Assembly: GCA_041665145.1 (NCBI GenBank)
Contig: JBAYJK010000002.1
Coordinates: 40,339 to 104,338 of the forward strand
DNA: 64,000 bases
DNA from: Patescibacteria group bacterium
GTDB taxonomy: Bacteria > Patescibacteriota > Microgenomatia > UBA1406
Reading direction: 5' to 3'
In this document: one piece after another, positions 17,718-26,579 of the stretch
How the letters are laid out: every line of letters begins with the position of its first letter
How positions within the stretch are numbered: position 1 is the stretch's first letter
Position numbers and translations under genes: made by a program
The notes under the pieces: model-generated
What the model saw: the letters and a program-made list of their open reading frames with translations, nothing else
Told to the model about the DNA's origin: nothing
The model's database searches: none

Positions 17718-17775
17718 AAGTTATACCGACCTTGCCCGCCGAAGCTGAAAGCGAAGGTGGGTTAACTAATCCCGC
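17718..17775 (-). pseudogene. 5' fragment of tRNA-Gly(TCC) (positions 1-27) split by a 31-nt GC-rich insert in the D-loop
   Basis: Minus strand reads gcgggattagttaa, then ccaccttcgctttcagcttcggcgggcaagg, then tcggtataacttc. Both flanks are identical to the intact tRNA 32 nt downstream, and no T-arm follows. Confidence 0.6.
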
Positions 17776-17844
17776 GTTCAGAGATATATTCTAACAAAAT
17801 ATTCTTTGTAGACAAGCTATTTCTTTAAATTTAAGCCTATAGTA

Positions 17845-17853
17845 TGGTATAAT
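17845..17853 (+). promoter_or_regulatory. extended -10 box TGgTATAAT, 5 nt before the ATG at 17859
   Basis: Consensus match seen directly. No Shine-Dalgarno sequence fits in the 5-nt gap. Confidence 0.45.
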
Positions 17854-17858
17854 TACAC

Positions 17859-18743
17859 ATGAGTACTGAATTCGACTTTCTTACCACACCGCGTCGTAGC
17901 TATCCTCCTATTCCAGGAATGAAGTACCGCAGGGAACTCCAACCGTGTAAGGATGTTCTCTTGCAAGCAAAAGGAGCTGCTATTCACCGGGTATGGCTCG
18001 AGTATCTTCGCGGAGCAAAAGTGCAGGGAAACGAGCACCTTATTCCTCTGCTACAACGATTGCAGGAGTTCTACCAGATTGTTGAACACGCCCATATATT
18101 CTGCACACCGGATCAGTTACGAGATTCCGCGCAACGGATCCATCAATTTCTCAATTTCCAGGATCCTCCTCTCTCAACCCTCATTGATTCATTTCAGGAA
18201 CTCGTCGCATGGTACGCACAACAGATTCGAGAAGAATTATTTCGTGAGCCCAATCCTCCCCTCGACTACTACGGATTTTATCGCACAAAACGCGGATTGG
18301 TTAAAATCTGTCTATCAAATAAATTGTTAAGCGAAATCAGCGACCCGAAAGATTACGCACGATTAGGCAGCTGCATGGACGGATACAATCACTTTTCGGC
18401 AAATATCGACCTTCCCGACAATCCGACACCAAAACAACTGATGCGCTACCGTCGTCGTATAGCCGAATGGTTCCGCGAAGCTCAAGAGATTGTGCGACTG
18501 CATACAAACGACAGTTATTTATGGGTAAACCTCATAAATTATCATCAGCAACTGATGCATGAAATACGCAGGCAACCCAATCCTCTGTCATGGGTACAAA
18601 AACTGGGTATAGAGGAAATTCCGCTTGATGCACCGACACAAAGCGAGCTTCGCGAAGGAAAAGCCGAGGTACCCAGCCTTGACGATGAGCTTACGGAAAT
18701 ACTTCGCGAAACAGCAATTCACCTAGGTCGGAAGAAGAAATAA
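17859..18743 (+). CDS. hypothetical protein (orphan, cytosolic)
   Basis: 294-aa ORF, helical and R/Q/H-rich, no motif recognised. Confidence 0.55.
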   Translation: MSTEFDFLTTPRRSYPPIPGMKYRRELQPCKDVLLQAKGAAIHRVWLEYLRGAKVQGNEHLIPLLQRLQEFYQIVEHAHIFCTPDQLRDSAQRIHQFLNFQDPPLSTLIDSFQELVAWYAQQIREELFREPNPPLDYYGFYRTKRGLVKICLSNKLLSEISDPKDYARLGSCMDGYNHFSANIDLPDNPTPKQLMRYRRRIAEWFREAQEIVRLHTNDSYLWVNLINYHQQLMHEIRRQPNPLSWVQKLGIEEIPLDAPTQSELREGKAEVPSLDDELTEILRETAIHLGRKKK

Positions 18744-18847
18744 CCCTTCGCCCTTTGAGATTATTTGTCCTTTAACCCGCCTCATCTTCCCGTTCGAGTA
18801 TCGGATTATCAGTTTACCTGCTACAACTTAGTATTCGCCTTAGCATA

Positions 18848-18885
18848 TCCCCCTTCGTCTCGCCAGTAGGCGGACTTCGGTGGGA
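18848..18885 (-). repeat. 38-nt GC-rich hairpin element, family A, copy 1 (downstream of 5S rRNA)
   Basis: tcccccttcgtctcgccagtaggcggacttcggtggga. It is 36/38 identical to 55514-55551. Confidence 0.8.
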
Positions 18886-18936
18886 TTTGGCAGAGTAATC
18901 ACTCGTAAAAACTCGCGAACTCTGCCAAAAAAAAAT

Positions 18937-19057
18937 GCCCGGGCTATGACCTATTGTCCCAGTCAGTTGGACTGACGAGTATCGTTGGCGCTAACCTGTT
19001 TCACGGCCCTGTTCGGAATGGGAAGGGGTGGGTCCAAGTCGCACAAATAACCAAGGC
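18937..19057 (-). rRNA. rrf: 5S ribosomal RNA (ends approximate, +/-5 nt)
   Basis: The minus strand contains ...cccaccccttcccattccgaacagggccgtgaaac...gcgccaacgatac..., matching the universal 5S loop B/C region CCCAUxCCGAAC...GUGAAAC. Helix I pairs gccttgg with cccgggc. Confidence 0.8.
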
Positions 19058-19090
19058 AAGAAGTAGTATACAGGAGACTACCTTAATTTT

Positions 19091-19214
19091 CAAGTTCTAA
19101 TTATTAGTTTCTATTGAGTTGCTAGTTGCTATTTTCTATATACGCCAAACGTTTAGAAATTAGTACCTGAAAACTGGAACTTCAATAGAAACTGTAAATT
19201 AGAAAATAGAAATT
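19091..19214. repeat. AGAAACT/AGTTTCT-type word-repeat palindromic array
   Basis: ...taattattagtttctattgag...cttcaatagaaactgtaaattagaaaatagaaatttta. The right arm is about 30 nt similar to 21731-21760. Confidence 0.75.
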
Positions 19215-20843
19215 TTATTTAATGATAGACAGTATCACCGGATTACGTTGTATCTGACTGTAGATAAAGCCGCCAAGCTGGTTCTCAATTGCCTTCTTCA
19301 ACTCTTCCCTATTCTGATACTTTTTTAGAAGATCCAAAACCATGCTCTCGATTTTCTTGAATAACGTTTTTTCGTAGAAGATAAATCCGCGCGACTCCAA
19401 CGATACCGCACTACCATCAATGACAACAAGCAGTACCCCTTCTTTTCCGAGGCTTCTGCGTTCGTTGATAATTGTCGTTCCGACGTCACCGATGGAGCTT
19501 CCGTCGACAAGCATTTCTTTCAACGGAATTTTATTTTCGCGGGATACTTTACCTTTTTCAAGTACAAGCGGTTCTCCATCATGCATCATATGTATATCTT
19601 CATCACGATACCCCAACTGATTCATAATATTGGCATAAGCTCTGCTGTGCTTTATAGTTGTCCCGATTGGCATAACATAGCGCGGTTTCACGAGCCGGGT
19701 AAGCAGCTTGTGATCTTCCTGAGAACCGTGACCGGAGGCATGAAGTTGGTCACGAATTGCCGTATATATCACCTCGGCACCTTGTTCAATTATCGTTTCG
19801 ATAAGTTCCTGCACATGGATTTCATTTCCCGGAATCGGGTCGGAGGAAAAGAAAACTCTGTCCGACTTCTCTATTCTCACAAACGCGTGTCTGCGACTTG
19901 CTACCTTGTCCAACGCCGCTCCGAATTCACCCTGCGAGCCGGTAAGAATAACACAAACCTTGTTTGGCGGGTAGCGCTTCACTTCTTTTTCGTCAATAAT
20001 CAGGTTATTGTACTTCGGAATATATCCTTCCGTAAAAGCTATTTCCATATTCCGTTTCATCGAACGACCTAAAAAGCACACTTTTCTCCCGTGCAATAGT
20101 GCCGCGTCCACACATTGTCGAACCCGAGAAATATTGCTCGCAAACGTCGTCATAAAGAACCTGCCTTTTGTCTGCTGCATTTCGTCCTGAAATGTCTTAC
20201 CGACAATCCGTTCAGACAACGTAAACCCTTCACGTTCGGCTCCCAACGCGTCCGATAACATAAGGTCAACACCGAGCGTACTTGCACGCGAGATTTCCTG
20301 GAAATCAGGCGGCGTAGTATATAAGGGAGTAAGATCAAATTTAAAATCCGATCCATGATATACATTCCCCACCGGGGATTGTATAAAGATGTGTGTCGTA
20401 TCCGGTATCGAGTGCGTCATATGAATCCAGCGCACTTTGAATGCCCCGAACGTATAGTCGGTACGATACTCTATCTGCTTAATATTTACTCCCCTCATTT
20501 CCAGCTCCGAAAGTTTTGATTCGATAAGCAACGCAGCAAGTTTTGGTGCGTAAATCGGCGGAAATTTCAGTTGCGGAATAATATAGGGAACTGCCCCGAT
20601 ATGATCATCGTGCCCGTGGGTAATTAAAAGAGCACGGATGAGATTTGTTTTGTCCTTGAAGTAGGTGACATCAGGGATCACAAAATCAACCCCGAGTGTC
20701 TCAAGTTCCGAAAGGAACCCGACACCACAATCTACGATGAGAATGTCTTTCAAAACACCCTCTTCCCAGTACTCGTAGGCGTACATATTTTTTGTAACAT
20801 TACTAAGGCCTCCCATAGGGATGACCCGAATCTTTTGATTCAT
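19215..20843 (-). CDS. rnj: ribonuclease J
   Basis: 542 aa. MBL motif ITHGHDDHIGAVPY, beta-CASP region, HASGHGSQEDH. Confidence 0.9.
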   Translation of the reverse strand: MNQKIRVIPMGGLSNVTKNMYAYEYWEEGVLKDILIVDCGVGFLSELETLGVDFVIPDVTYFKDKTNLIRALLITHGHDDHIGAVPYIIPQLKFPPIYAPKLAALLIESKLSELEMRGVNIKQIEYRTDYTFGAFKVRWIHMTHSIPDTTHIFIQSPVGNVYHGSDFKFDLTPLYTTPPDFQEISRASTLGVDLMLSDALGAEREGFTLSERIVGKTFQDEMQQTKGRFFMTTFASNISRVRQCVDAALLHGRKVCFLGRSMKRNMEIAFTEGYIPKYNNLIIDEKEVKRYPPNKVCVILTGSQGEFGAALDKVASRRHAFVRIEKSDRVFFSSDPIPGNEIHVQELIETIIEQGAEVIYTAIRDQLHASGHGSQEDHKLLTRLVKPRYVMPIGTTIKHSRAYANIMNQLGYRDEDIHMMHDGEPLVLEKGKVSRENKIPLKEMLVDGSSIGDVGTTIINERRSLGKEGVLLVVIDGSAVSLESRGFIFYEKTLFKKIESMVLDLLKKYQNREELKKAIENQLGGFIYSQIQRNPVILSIIK

Positions 20844-20865
20844 ATAAAAAGTATAAACTATTATT

Positions 20866-20985
20866 TAATAAAAATTCGAAATCCGAATATCGAAAATCGA
20901 AACAAATTCAAAATACAAATTTTCCTAAAAAAAGCTTTGGTAATTCGTGCTTGTTTCGAGTTTCGGATTTCGTACTTCGAATTTA
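20866..20985. repeat. TTCGAA-type word-repeat palindromic array
   Basis: Left arm aattcgaaatccgaatatcgaaaatcgaaac, right arm gtttcgagtttcggatttcgtacttcgaatt. They are imperfect inverted copies around a loop of about 50 nt. Confidence 0.8.
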
Positions 20986-21675
20986 TTTTAGTGTCAGCAA
21001 CGACTGAAGCATTTTGTCAATGTCCCCAACCATGATCCGCTCAATATTATGAAAACTCTTGTTAATCCGGTGATCCGTCACCCGATCCTGGGGAAAATTA
21101 TACGTCCTAATTTTCTCCGACCGTTCCCCGCTTCCCGCATTTGCTGCAAATGCTGATTGAACACCTTTGCGTTTATCCGCTTCCAATTGTTGCAGTCTTC
21201 CGTTCAAAAGCGACAACGCAATCAGTCTGTTCTGTTGCTGATAACGTTCTCTGGAGCATGTGACTACAAGCCCTGTCGGTTTATGGGTAAGACGTACCGC
21301 TGTGGAAACTTTGTTAACGTTCTGACCCCCGTGACCGCCACTGCGATAAAACTGCCATTCCAATTCACTTGGGTTAATATGCACATCATGCTCGACAAGC
21401 TCGGGAGTGACCAGAACTGTGGCGGCTGAAGTATGAATCCGGCCGTAGCGTTCAGTCGTCGGAACGCGTTGGACACGGTGAACGCCCGTTTCATTTTTCA
21501 TAAGATCAAAGGCGCCGTCACCCTTTAAACGCATCAGATTCTCTTCCAACATTTCGGCTTTCCAACCTCTTTTTTGGGCATACTTCATATACATAGACAT
21601 CAGGTCATTTTGCCAAATCTTGGATTCATCGCCACCTACGCCGGGGTTTACTTCAATAAAACAAGCAGATTCCAT
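20983..21675 (-). CDS. prfA: peptide chain release factor 1-like, lacking N-terminal domain 1
   Basis: 230 aa. GVHRVQRVPTTERYGRIHTSAATV (PxT-type), SGGHGGQNVNK (GGQ), RTYNFPQDRVTDHRI. The alignment to RF1 starts at about residue 105. An in-frame TAA lies 8 codons upstream, and only 92 nt separate it from rpmE. Confidence 0.8.
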   Translation of the reverse strand: MESACFIEVNPGVGGDESKIWQNDLMSMYMKYAQKRGWKAEMLEENLMRLKGDGAFDLMKNETGVHRVQRVPTTERYGRIHTSAATVLVTPELVEHDVHINPSELEWQFYRSGGHGGQNVNKVSTAVRLTHKPTGLVVTCSRERYQQQNRLIALSLLNGRLQQLEADKRKGVQSAFAANAGSGERSEKIRTYNFPQDRVTDHRINKSFHNIERIMVGDIDKMLQSLLTLK

Positions 21676-21680
21676 AATAC

Positions 21681-21760
21681 AGTTTTTAATTATTAGTTTT
21701 TAATTTCTATTTGATGAATAACACACATTTAATAGAAACTAGAAATTAGAAAATAAAAAC
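21681..21760. repeat. AGAAACT/AGTTTCT-type word-repeat palindromic array
   Basis: ttttaattattagtttttaatttctatt ... aatagaaactagaaattagaaaataaaaac. Confidence 0.75.
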
Positions 21761-21767
21761 TTGGATT

Positions 21768-22058
21768 CTATGCCATCGAAAGCAAATCTTTCAGGGACTT
21801 TCCTTCTTTCCGACCGGCTTTTTTATCAGCTTTTTTGGGTCGGGCTGCATACTCTTTAGCAACTGCCATTTTTGCTCTGAATTTCTCTACTTGTCCCTTT
21901 ATATCAACCAATTTCTCTTCTCCGGTAAACAACGGATGGCACTTATAGCACACCTCGACATTAATGCTTTTTTTGGTAGAACCGGTCGTGAATGTGTTGC
22001 CACATGCACATGATACTGCCGCATCTGTGTAATATTTCGGGTGTCCGGTAGTTTTCAT
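21768..22058 (-). CDS. rpmE: 50S ribosomal protein L31 (Zn-ribbon type)
   Basis: [10 protein letters not shown]...CACGNTF...[13 protein letters not shown]. Confidence 0.9.
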   Translation of the reverse strand: MKTTGHPKYYTDAAVSCACGNTFTTGSTKKSINVEVCYKCHPLFTGEEKLVDIKGQVEKFRAKMAVAKEYAARPKKADKKAGRKEGKSLKDLLSMA

Positions 22059-22099
22059 AGAGGGTAATTATAATATAAAATCAATAAGAAAACAAGGAG

Positions 22100-22239
22100 A
22101 TTAAGTTGTAAGCTGAAAGATGTAAGTCGAAATAAAGTTGAAAACATAAAGCTTTAAGTTGTATTGAGATTTCATTAAAACTTACAACTTAACTAATTAC
22201 AACTTGATTACAACTTACAACTTAAACCTTACGACTTAT
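22100..22239. repeat. TTACAAC/AAGTTGTAA-type word-repeat palindromic array
   Basis: taagttgtaagctgaaagatgtaagtcgaaataaagttg ... cttacaacttaaaccttacgactta. Confidence 0.8.
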
Positions 22240-23382
22240 CTATTTGGCTTCCCCCAACACTACGTCCTTCTGCAGTGTCTGCTTGTCTCTCCAAATTTGT
22301 AGCGCAAGGCGGTCTCCTACCTTTTTAGTTCTAACGATATTGGAAATATCATCCTCTTTACCTATTTGTACGCCATCTATTTTTACAATAACATCACCTT
22401 TTTGCAAACCAGCAGAATCTGCAGAACTTCCCTGCACAACCTCGAGTATGTATGCACCTGCCGGGAGATCATTCAGTACTGCGCTTTCTTTATCCAGCAC
22501 CTTATAACGAATACCAAGGAATGGACGGGATATTTTGCCTCCCGAACTCTTATAGTTATTAATAAGCTCTTTAATAACATTTACCGGTATGGCGAACCCG
22601 ATATTCTGACCTTCTTGGGACACGGCAGTATTAATGCCGATTACCTGCCCTGCCGAACTGACAAGAGGCCCGCCGGAGTTTCCCGGGCTAATCGCGGCAT
22701 CTGTTTGAATAACATTATCAAGCCGCTCCACCGAACCCTCAAACGGAGAGCCGGCAGTTATTCCTCTTCCTAAACCGGAGACAATACCTTGGGTAACCGT
22801 GTTTCGAAATTCCCCCAGCGGCGTTCCGAATGCGATTGCCAGTTGACCGAGCTGCAATTTATCGGAGTCACCCAGTGGCAAAGGAAGCAACCCACGTGCA
22901 TCAACTTTAATGATTGCCAAGTCATTCAAAGGATCCCTGAACACCTGCACTGCCGGATACGTTTTGTTTTCTTGCGTAATAACTTTGTACGTCGCTGTCG
23001 TGTCGCTTACTACATGCTTGTTGGTAATAATCAATCCGTCCTCAGAAACAATGAATCCGCTGCCGATATTCTGTTCGATTTTCCTTGATTCACCCGGAAT
23101 TGTATTAAACGGATTTGTCGGATTAAACGGGTCAAATTGGATTGAATCCGGGTTTTGTTGTGTCGTAGAAATCGAGACGGTAACGACGGAAGGCTGTGCG
23201 TTTTTGACTACCTTAATAATTACGGATTCTTCAGAAACGACTACGACTTTTTCCGGCGTCGTGGAAGTTGTAGCGGTCTGAAAAGAAAGTTTTTTCAGTT
23301 CCGCAAACTTAATATATCCGGCTTTTACTCCGAAGACGGTCAACAGAGCTATTAATACAACAAGAATGATAATCTTTTTCAT
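22240..23382 (-). CDS. HtrA/DegP-family trypsin-like serine protease with a PDZ domain
   Basis: N-terminal TM, GSGFIVSEDGLIITNKHVV, DLAIIKV, GNSGGPL, and C-terminal PDZ (AGLQKGDVIVKIDG). Confidence 0.9.
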   Translation of the reverse strand: MKKIIILVVLIALLTVFGVKAGYIKFAELKKLSFQTATTSTTPEKVVVVSEESVIIKVVKNAQPSVVTVSISTTQQNPDSIQFDPFNPTNPFNTIPGESRKIEQNIGSGFIVSEDGLIITNKHVVSDTTATYKVITQENKTYPAVQVFRDPLNDLAIIKVDARGLLPLPLGDSDKLQLGQLAIAFGTPLGEFRNTVTQGIVSGLGRGITAGSPFEGSVERLDNVIQTDAAISPGNSGGPLVSSAGQVIGINTAVSQEGQNIGFAIPVNVIKELINNYKSSGGKISRPFLGIRYKVLDKESAVLNDLPAGAYILEVVQGSSADSAGLQKGDVIVKIDGVQIGKEDDISNIVRTKKVGDRLALQIWRDKQTLQKDVVLGEAK

Positions 23383-23437
23383 ATTCGAAAACTCAACTTA
23401 TAATCATTCAGGTCATAATAATTATGAAACAGAAAGC

Positions 23438-24751
23438 TTAATTTTTGCTGAATTCTTCAAGCGCGCGTTGCAATTGTGCGTCGGTTGCTTCAGTGATTGT
23501 ATTGCCTTCTGATATTTTATTCTCAACCTTGATTTGAGGCTGGATACCTTTTCCGTTAATCCAGTCACCTTTGGGAAGAATCCATTTGGCGACAGTCACA
23601 TGGAGTCCAGCGCCACTTCCCAAATCAAGAGCTTCCTGCACCGAACCCTTGCCGAAAGATTTCATGCCGACAATTTTCGCACGGCTATAATCCCGGAGCG
23701 CTCCGGCAAATATTTCCGCGGCGGATGCAGATCCCTCATTGATAAGCACGACAGTTGGAATTGTTTGCAAATTACCTACGCGTTCGACCACGTAGTCTTT
23801 TCCGGATTTGTCGGCATATTCCTGACGCACCACCCGCTTACCAAGCGGAATAAAGTCTGACGACAAATACACAGCACTCTCCAAATAACCGCCCGGGTTG
23901 CTTCTCATGTCCACTACGAGACCGGAGATACTTTTGCTTTCCCATTTCTTCCCGACTTCTGTAACTGCCCTATCCCACCCCGCCATAGTATCATCCCCGA
24001 ATTGCGAGACTTTTATATATGCAACATCACGACATGACGCGCTGCACGATTCGGCTTTTTTGTAGGAAAGCTCGACTGATTGAACTTTGATTTGCTCTCG
24101 GGTAAGTGTCAGCGTCAACTCTTCCGTCCCACGCAGCAGTCCGAGTGTTACTTTCGTTCCGTGAACTCCGCGGATTTTTGCAACGGCAGTCGTCAATGTC
24201 ATACCTTCTGTTGTTACTTTATCGATCGTAAGAATTTTATCTCCCGATTTGATTCCTGCCTTCTCAGCAGGAGAACCTTTCAGAGGAGCTACAATGGTAA
24301 TGACATTATCCTGCATACCCAACTGTGCACCTATACCCTCATACTTACCTCCCAAGTCATCTTTTGCGGCTTTGTTTTCGGTGGGTGTCAGAAAAAAAGT
24401 ATACGGGTCATCGATTGACGCAACCATGCCCTTGATTGCACCAAAAACCATTTTCTTTGTATCAACTTTGTGCTGATCAACATATTTGGTTTTGAGACTA
24501 TTCCACACTGTCCAAAAAAGTGTTAAATCAGGTGTTGTGTCTGCTTTAGAATTTGTTGTTGCTTGTTGACTATTAACTCTTGACCCCTCGCCTCGCTGCG
24601 AAGCGGGTTGACCATCAACCATCAACAGTTGTTTCTGTCGATACTGCCCCAAACGATATCCGCTGCCGAATATAAACAGTACTATTGCGGCCAGCAGAAT
24701 AATGTTCGTAAAACGTTGTAGTTTTTGTTGTTTTTGTAAATCTACTTCCAT
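23438..24751 (-). CDS. S41 family C-terminal processing peptidase
   Basis: N-terminal TM, PDZ (PAEKAGIKSGDKILTID), LVVDMRSNPGGYL, VLINEGSASAAEIFAGAL. Confidence 0.9.
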   Translation of the reverse strand: MEVDLQKQQKLQRFTNIILLAAIVLFIFGSGYRLGQYRQKQLLMVDGQPASQRGEGSRVNSQQATTNSKADTTPDLTLFWTVWNSLKTKYVDQHKVDTKKMVFGAIKGMVASIDDPYTFFLTPTENKAAKDDLGGKYEGIGAQLGMQDNVITIVAPLKGSPAEKAGIKSGDKILTIDKVTTEGMTLTTAVAKIRGVHGTKVTLGLLRGTEELTLTLTREQIKVQSVELSYKKAESCSASCRDVAYIKVSQFGDDTMAGWDRAVTEVGKKWESKSISGLVVDMRSNPGGYLESAVYLSSDFIPLGKRVVRQEYADKSGKDYVVERVGNLQTIPTVVLINEGSASAAEIFAGALRDYSRAKIVGMKSFGKGSVQEALDLGSGAGLHVTVAKWILPKGDWINGKGIQPQIKVENKISEGNTITEATDAQLQRALEEFSKN

Positions 24752-24772
24752 AAAACCTCAATAATTAGTAAT

Positions 24773-25513
24773 TCATACACGATAAAAGTATACAGATTTG
24801 CTTCCTTCTATGTAGAGCGAATACGGCCACTTGTGTTTGATAAGATCAAACCAATCCGGCTTATGCTTCACGGAAAGAGAAACAGATTCCACACTACCAT
24901 ACAATGCGTTAAAACTAACCACAGCGACAGGACCGAGAGCAGCAATTTTTGAGAGCGCCATAGTATCATGCAGCTCGGTTACAATAACCTTGTGTTCGCA
25001 CATACTTAACGTGATTTCTTCAGCTTTTTCAATATACGCGGTTTTACCGCCGAACGTTTTGGGAATGCTCGAAAGAACCTCGTATTCGACACCTTCCGGA
25101 ACCGAAAAAACCAAGTCCAACTTATCTATTTTCGTGAATGTTCCCTGAAACGCAAAATGCGCCTCGGATGACTCCCGCACTGATAATGAAACTGTCCCCG
25201 CATCATGGTCTATTGCCCGAACTTCTGCACGCGCTGGGGCGACGAGTGTGGTCTTCGAAAGTACCGTCTTTTTTTCGGCAATTACCGCATCCTTTTCCAG
25301 AGTCTCTCCCAACGATACACGCAAGTATTTAAAAATATCTCGGGGTTGTATTTTCAGTTCCTGAGCAACTTCTACCACAACGCTGGATTCGTTTTTTTCG
25401 TAAATTGGTTGTTCTCCCCAGACTACGGCAGTTCCCTCTTTCAGTTTTTTCTCCAACGGAACAATGTGTTGTGGAATTCGGACATTCATTGACATGGGTT
25501 TAATTATATACAA
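24773..25513 (-). CDS. hypothetical protein
   Basis: 246-aa ORF in the radA-to-htrA co-directional string, no motif recognised. Confidence 0.5.
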   Translation of the reverse strand: MYIIKPMSMNVRIPQHIVPLEKKLKEGTAVVWGEQPIYEKNESSVVVEVAQELKIQPRDIFKYLRVSLGETLEKDAVIAEKKTVLSKTTLVAPARAEVRAIDHDAGTVSLSVRESSEAHFAFQGTFTKIDKLDLVFSVPEGVEYEVLSSIPKTFGGKTAYIEKAEEITLSMCEHKVIVTELHDTMALSKIAALGPVAVVSFNALYGSVESVSLSVKHKPDWFDLIKHKWPYSLYIEGSKSVYFYRV

Positions 25514-25529
25514 ATCGGAAAAGTATGTG

Positions 25530-26534
25530 TTACTTTCGATTTACCACGAGATAGTGATCTATTGCATACGTGTCATCGGGATTCGAGTTAAGAACAGCAA
25601 AGATATCGTCGCCTATTTTCAGCTTGGAAAACCCATATTTTTCTGTTTCGCCGGTAGGTAATAAATATGATGATTGTGCAGTAGAAGACTCGACATCCGC
25701 TTTTACTGTTGTCTTGTCGTAATTGACAAGCGTGACTTCAAACCCTGTTTCTGCGACGTTGGATATTTTTCCGGCTACCAATAGCGAATCCGGTTCGTGA
25801 TAAACGGTATAGCTCTTCATTTCACCTGCTATATCACTCAGAAAAACCGTCACCAGACTGCCCTTTTCGATGTTTTCAACATCCTCGTTTTCAAGTTCCA
25901 ACCCTGTTGAATTATAGAACTTCGTTACTTCAGGTTCGAGAATCACTTTCAAGCTGTCGTTGTCGTTTTTCAATACCATTTCCTTCGTGTTCACGGATTG
26001 AACGACACCGTAGAAAGCTTGCTTGATGTTCTCCCGCAATTCAAGCACCTTCTTTTCAAGTTTATCTTTCAGAAGTTCTGCTTCACTCGTTGCCTGCGGT
26101 TCCTTCGGGGCAGATGTCAGCTCTATGTTTTTCTGAAAATAGAAAAGCTTGAGAACCTTTACCTGGTCGTTTGTCTTTTTATGAGTGCTGATAACGATCT
26201 CGTTGTATCCGGGCTTCAGTGAAACTTCACTTGAAAAAGCGCCCTTCTTAACAACAAGCGGAGTGGTTTCCGATAATGTCTGGACAAAAATCGTTGTTCC
26301 GTCCTCGGCAGTTCCCTGAACAGTAATCTTGCCCGTCGTATTAATCTCATTGGGCTTCGGGAGATTCTTAAATACCGTCTGTTTACCCGCAAGCGCTTTC
26401 GGGGTCAAGGTAATTCGCGCTGTGCTCGTTTGCATGGTCGTTCCCTTCGATGAGGGAACGTTGTTGAAATATACCGCTACACCCAATCCGAGAAGCGCTC
26501 CGATACCAATGGCAACAAGTAACTCCTTATTCAT
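25530..26534 (-). CDS. membrane-anchored hypothetical protein (N-terminal TM, extracytoplasmic beta-rich and coiled region)
   Basis: 334 aa. N-terminal LLVAIGIGALLGLGVAVYF. No catalytic motif. Confidence 0.55.
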   Translation of the reverse strand: MNKELLVAIGIGALLGLGVAVYFNNVPSSKGTTMQTSTARITLTPKALAGKQTVFKNLPKPNEINTTGKITVQGTAEDGTTIFVQTLSETTPLVVKKGAFSSEVSLKPGYNEIVISTHKKTNDQVKVLKLFYFQKNIELTSAPKEPQATSEAELLKDKLEKKVLELRENIKQAFYGVVQSVNTKEMVLKNDNDSLKVILEPEVTKFYNSTGLELENEDVENIEKGSLVTVFLSDIAGEMKSYTVYHEPDSLLVAGKISNVAETGFEVTLVNYDKTTVKADVESSTAQSSYLLPTGETEKYGFSKLKIGDDIFAVLNSNPDDTYAIDHYLVVNRK

Positions 26535-26579
26535 AATTACCAGTAGTATAGCATAAAAATAAACATTCCTCCTCGGCTG

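Noticed and set aside
18889-18935. Hairpin ggcagagt...actctgcc followed by A9, as a terminator for the orphan gene or the 5S rRNA
   Set aside because: On the plus strand the stem is followed by A's, not T's. On the minus strand the T-run precedes the stem. It is therefore not a canonical intrinsic terminator in either direction.
21676-21767. Possibility that the short release factor is RF2 with a programmed +1 frameshift, or has an upstream exon
   Set aside because: The tripeptide region is RF1-like (PTT, not SPF). An in-frame TAA lies 8 codons upstream, and the 92-nt spacer before rpmE is filled with word repeats, so no domain-1 coding capacity exists.
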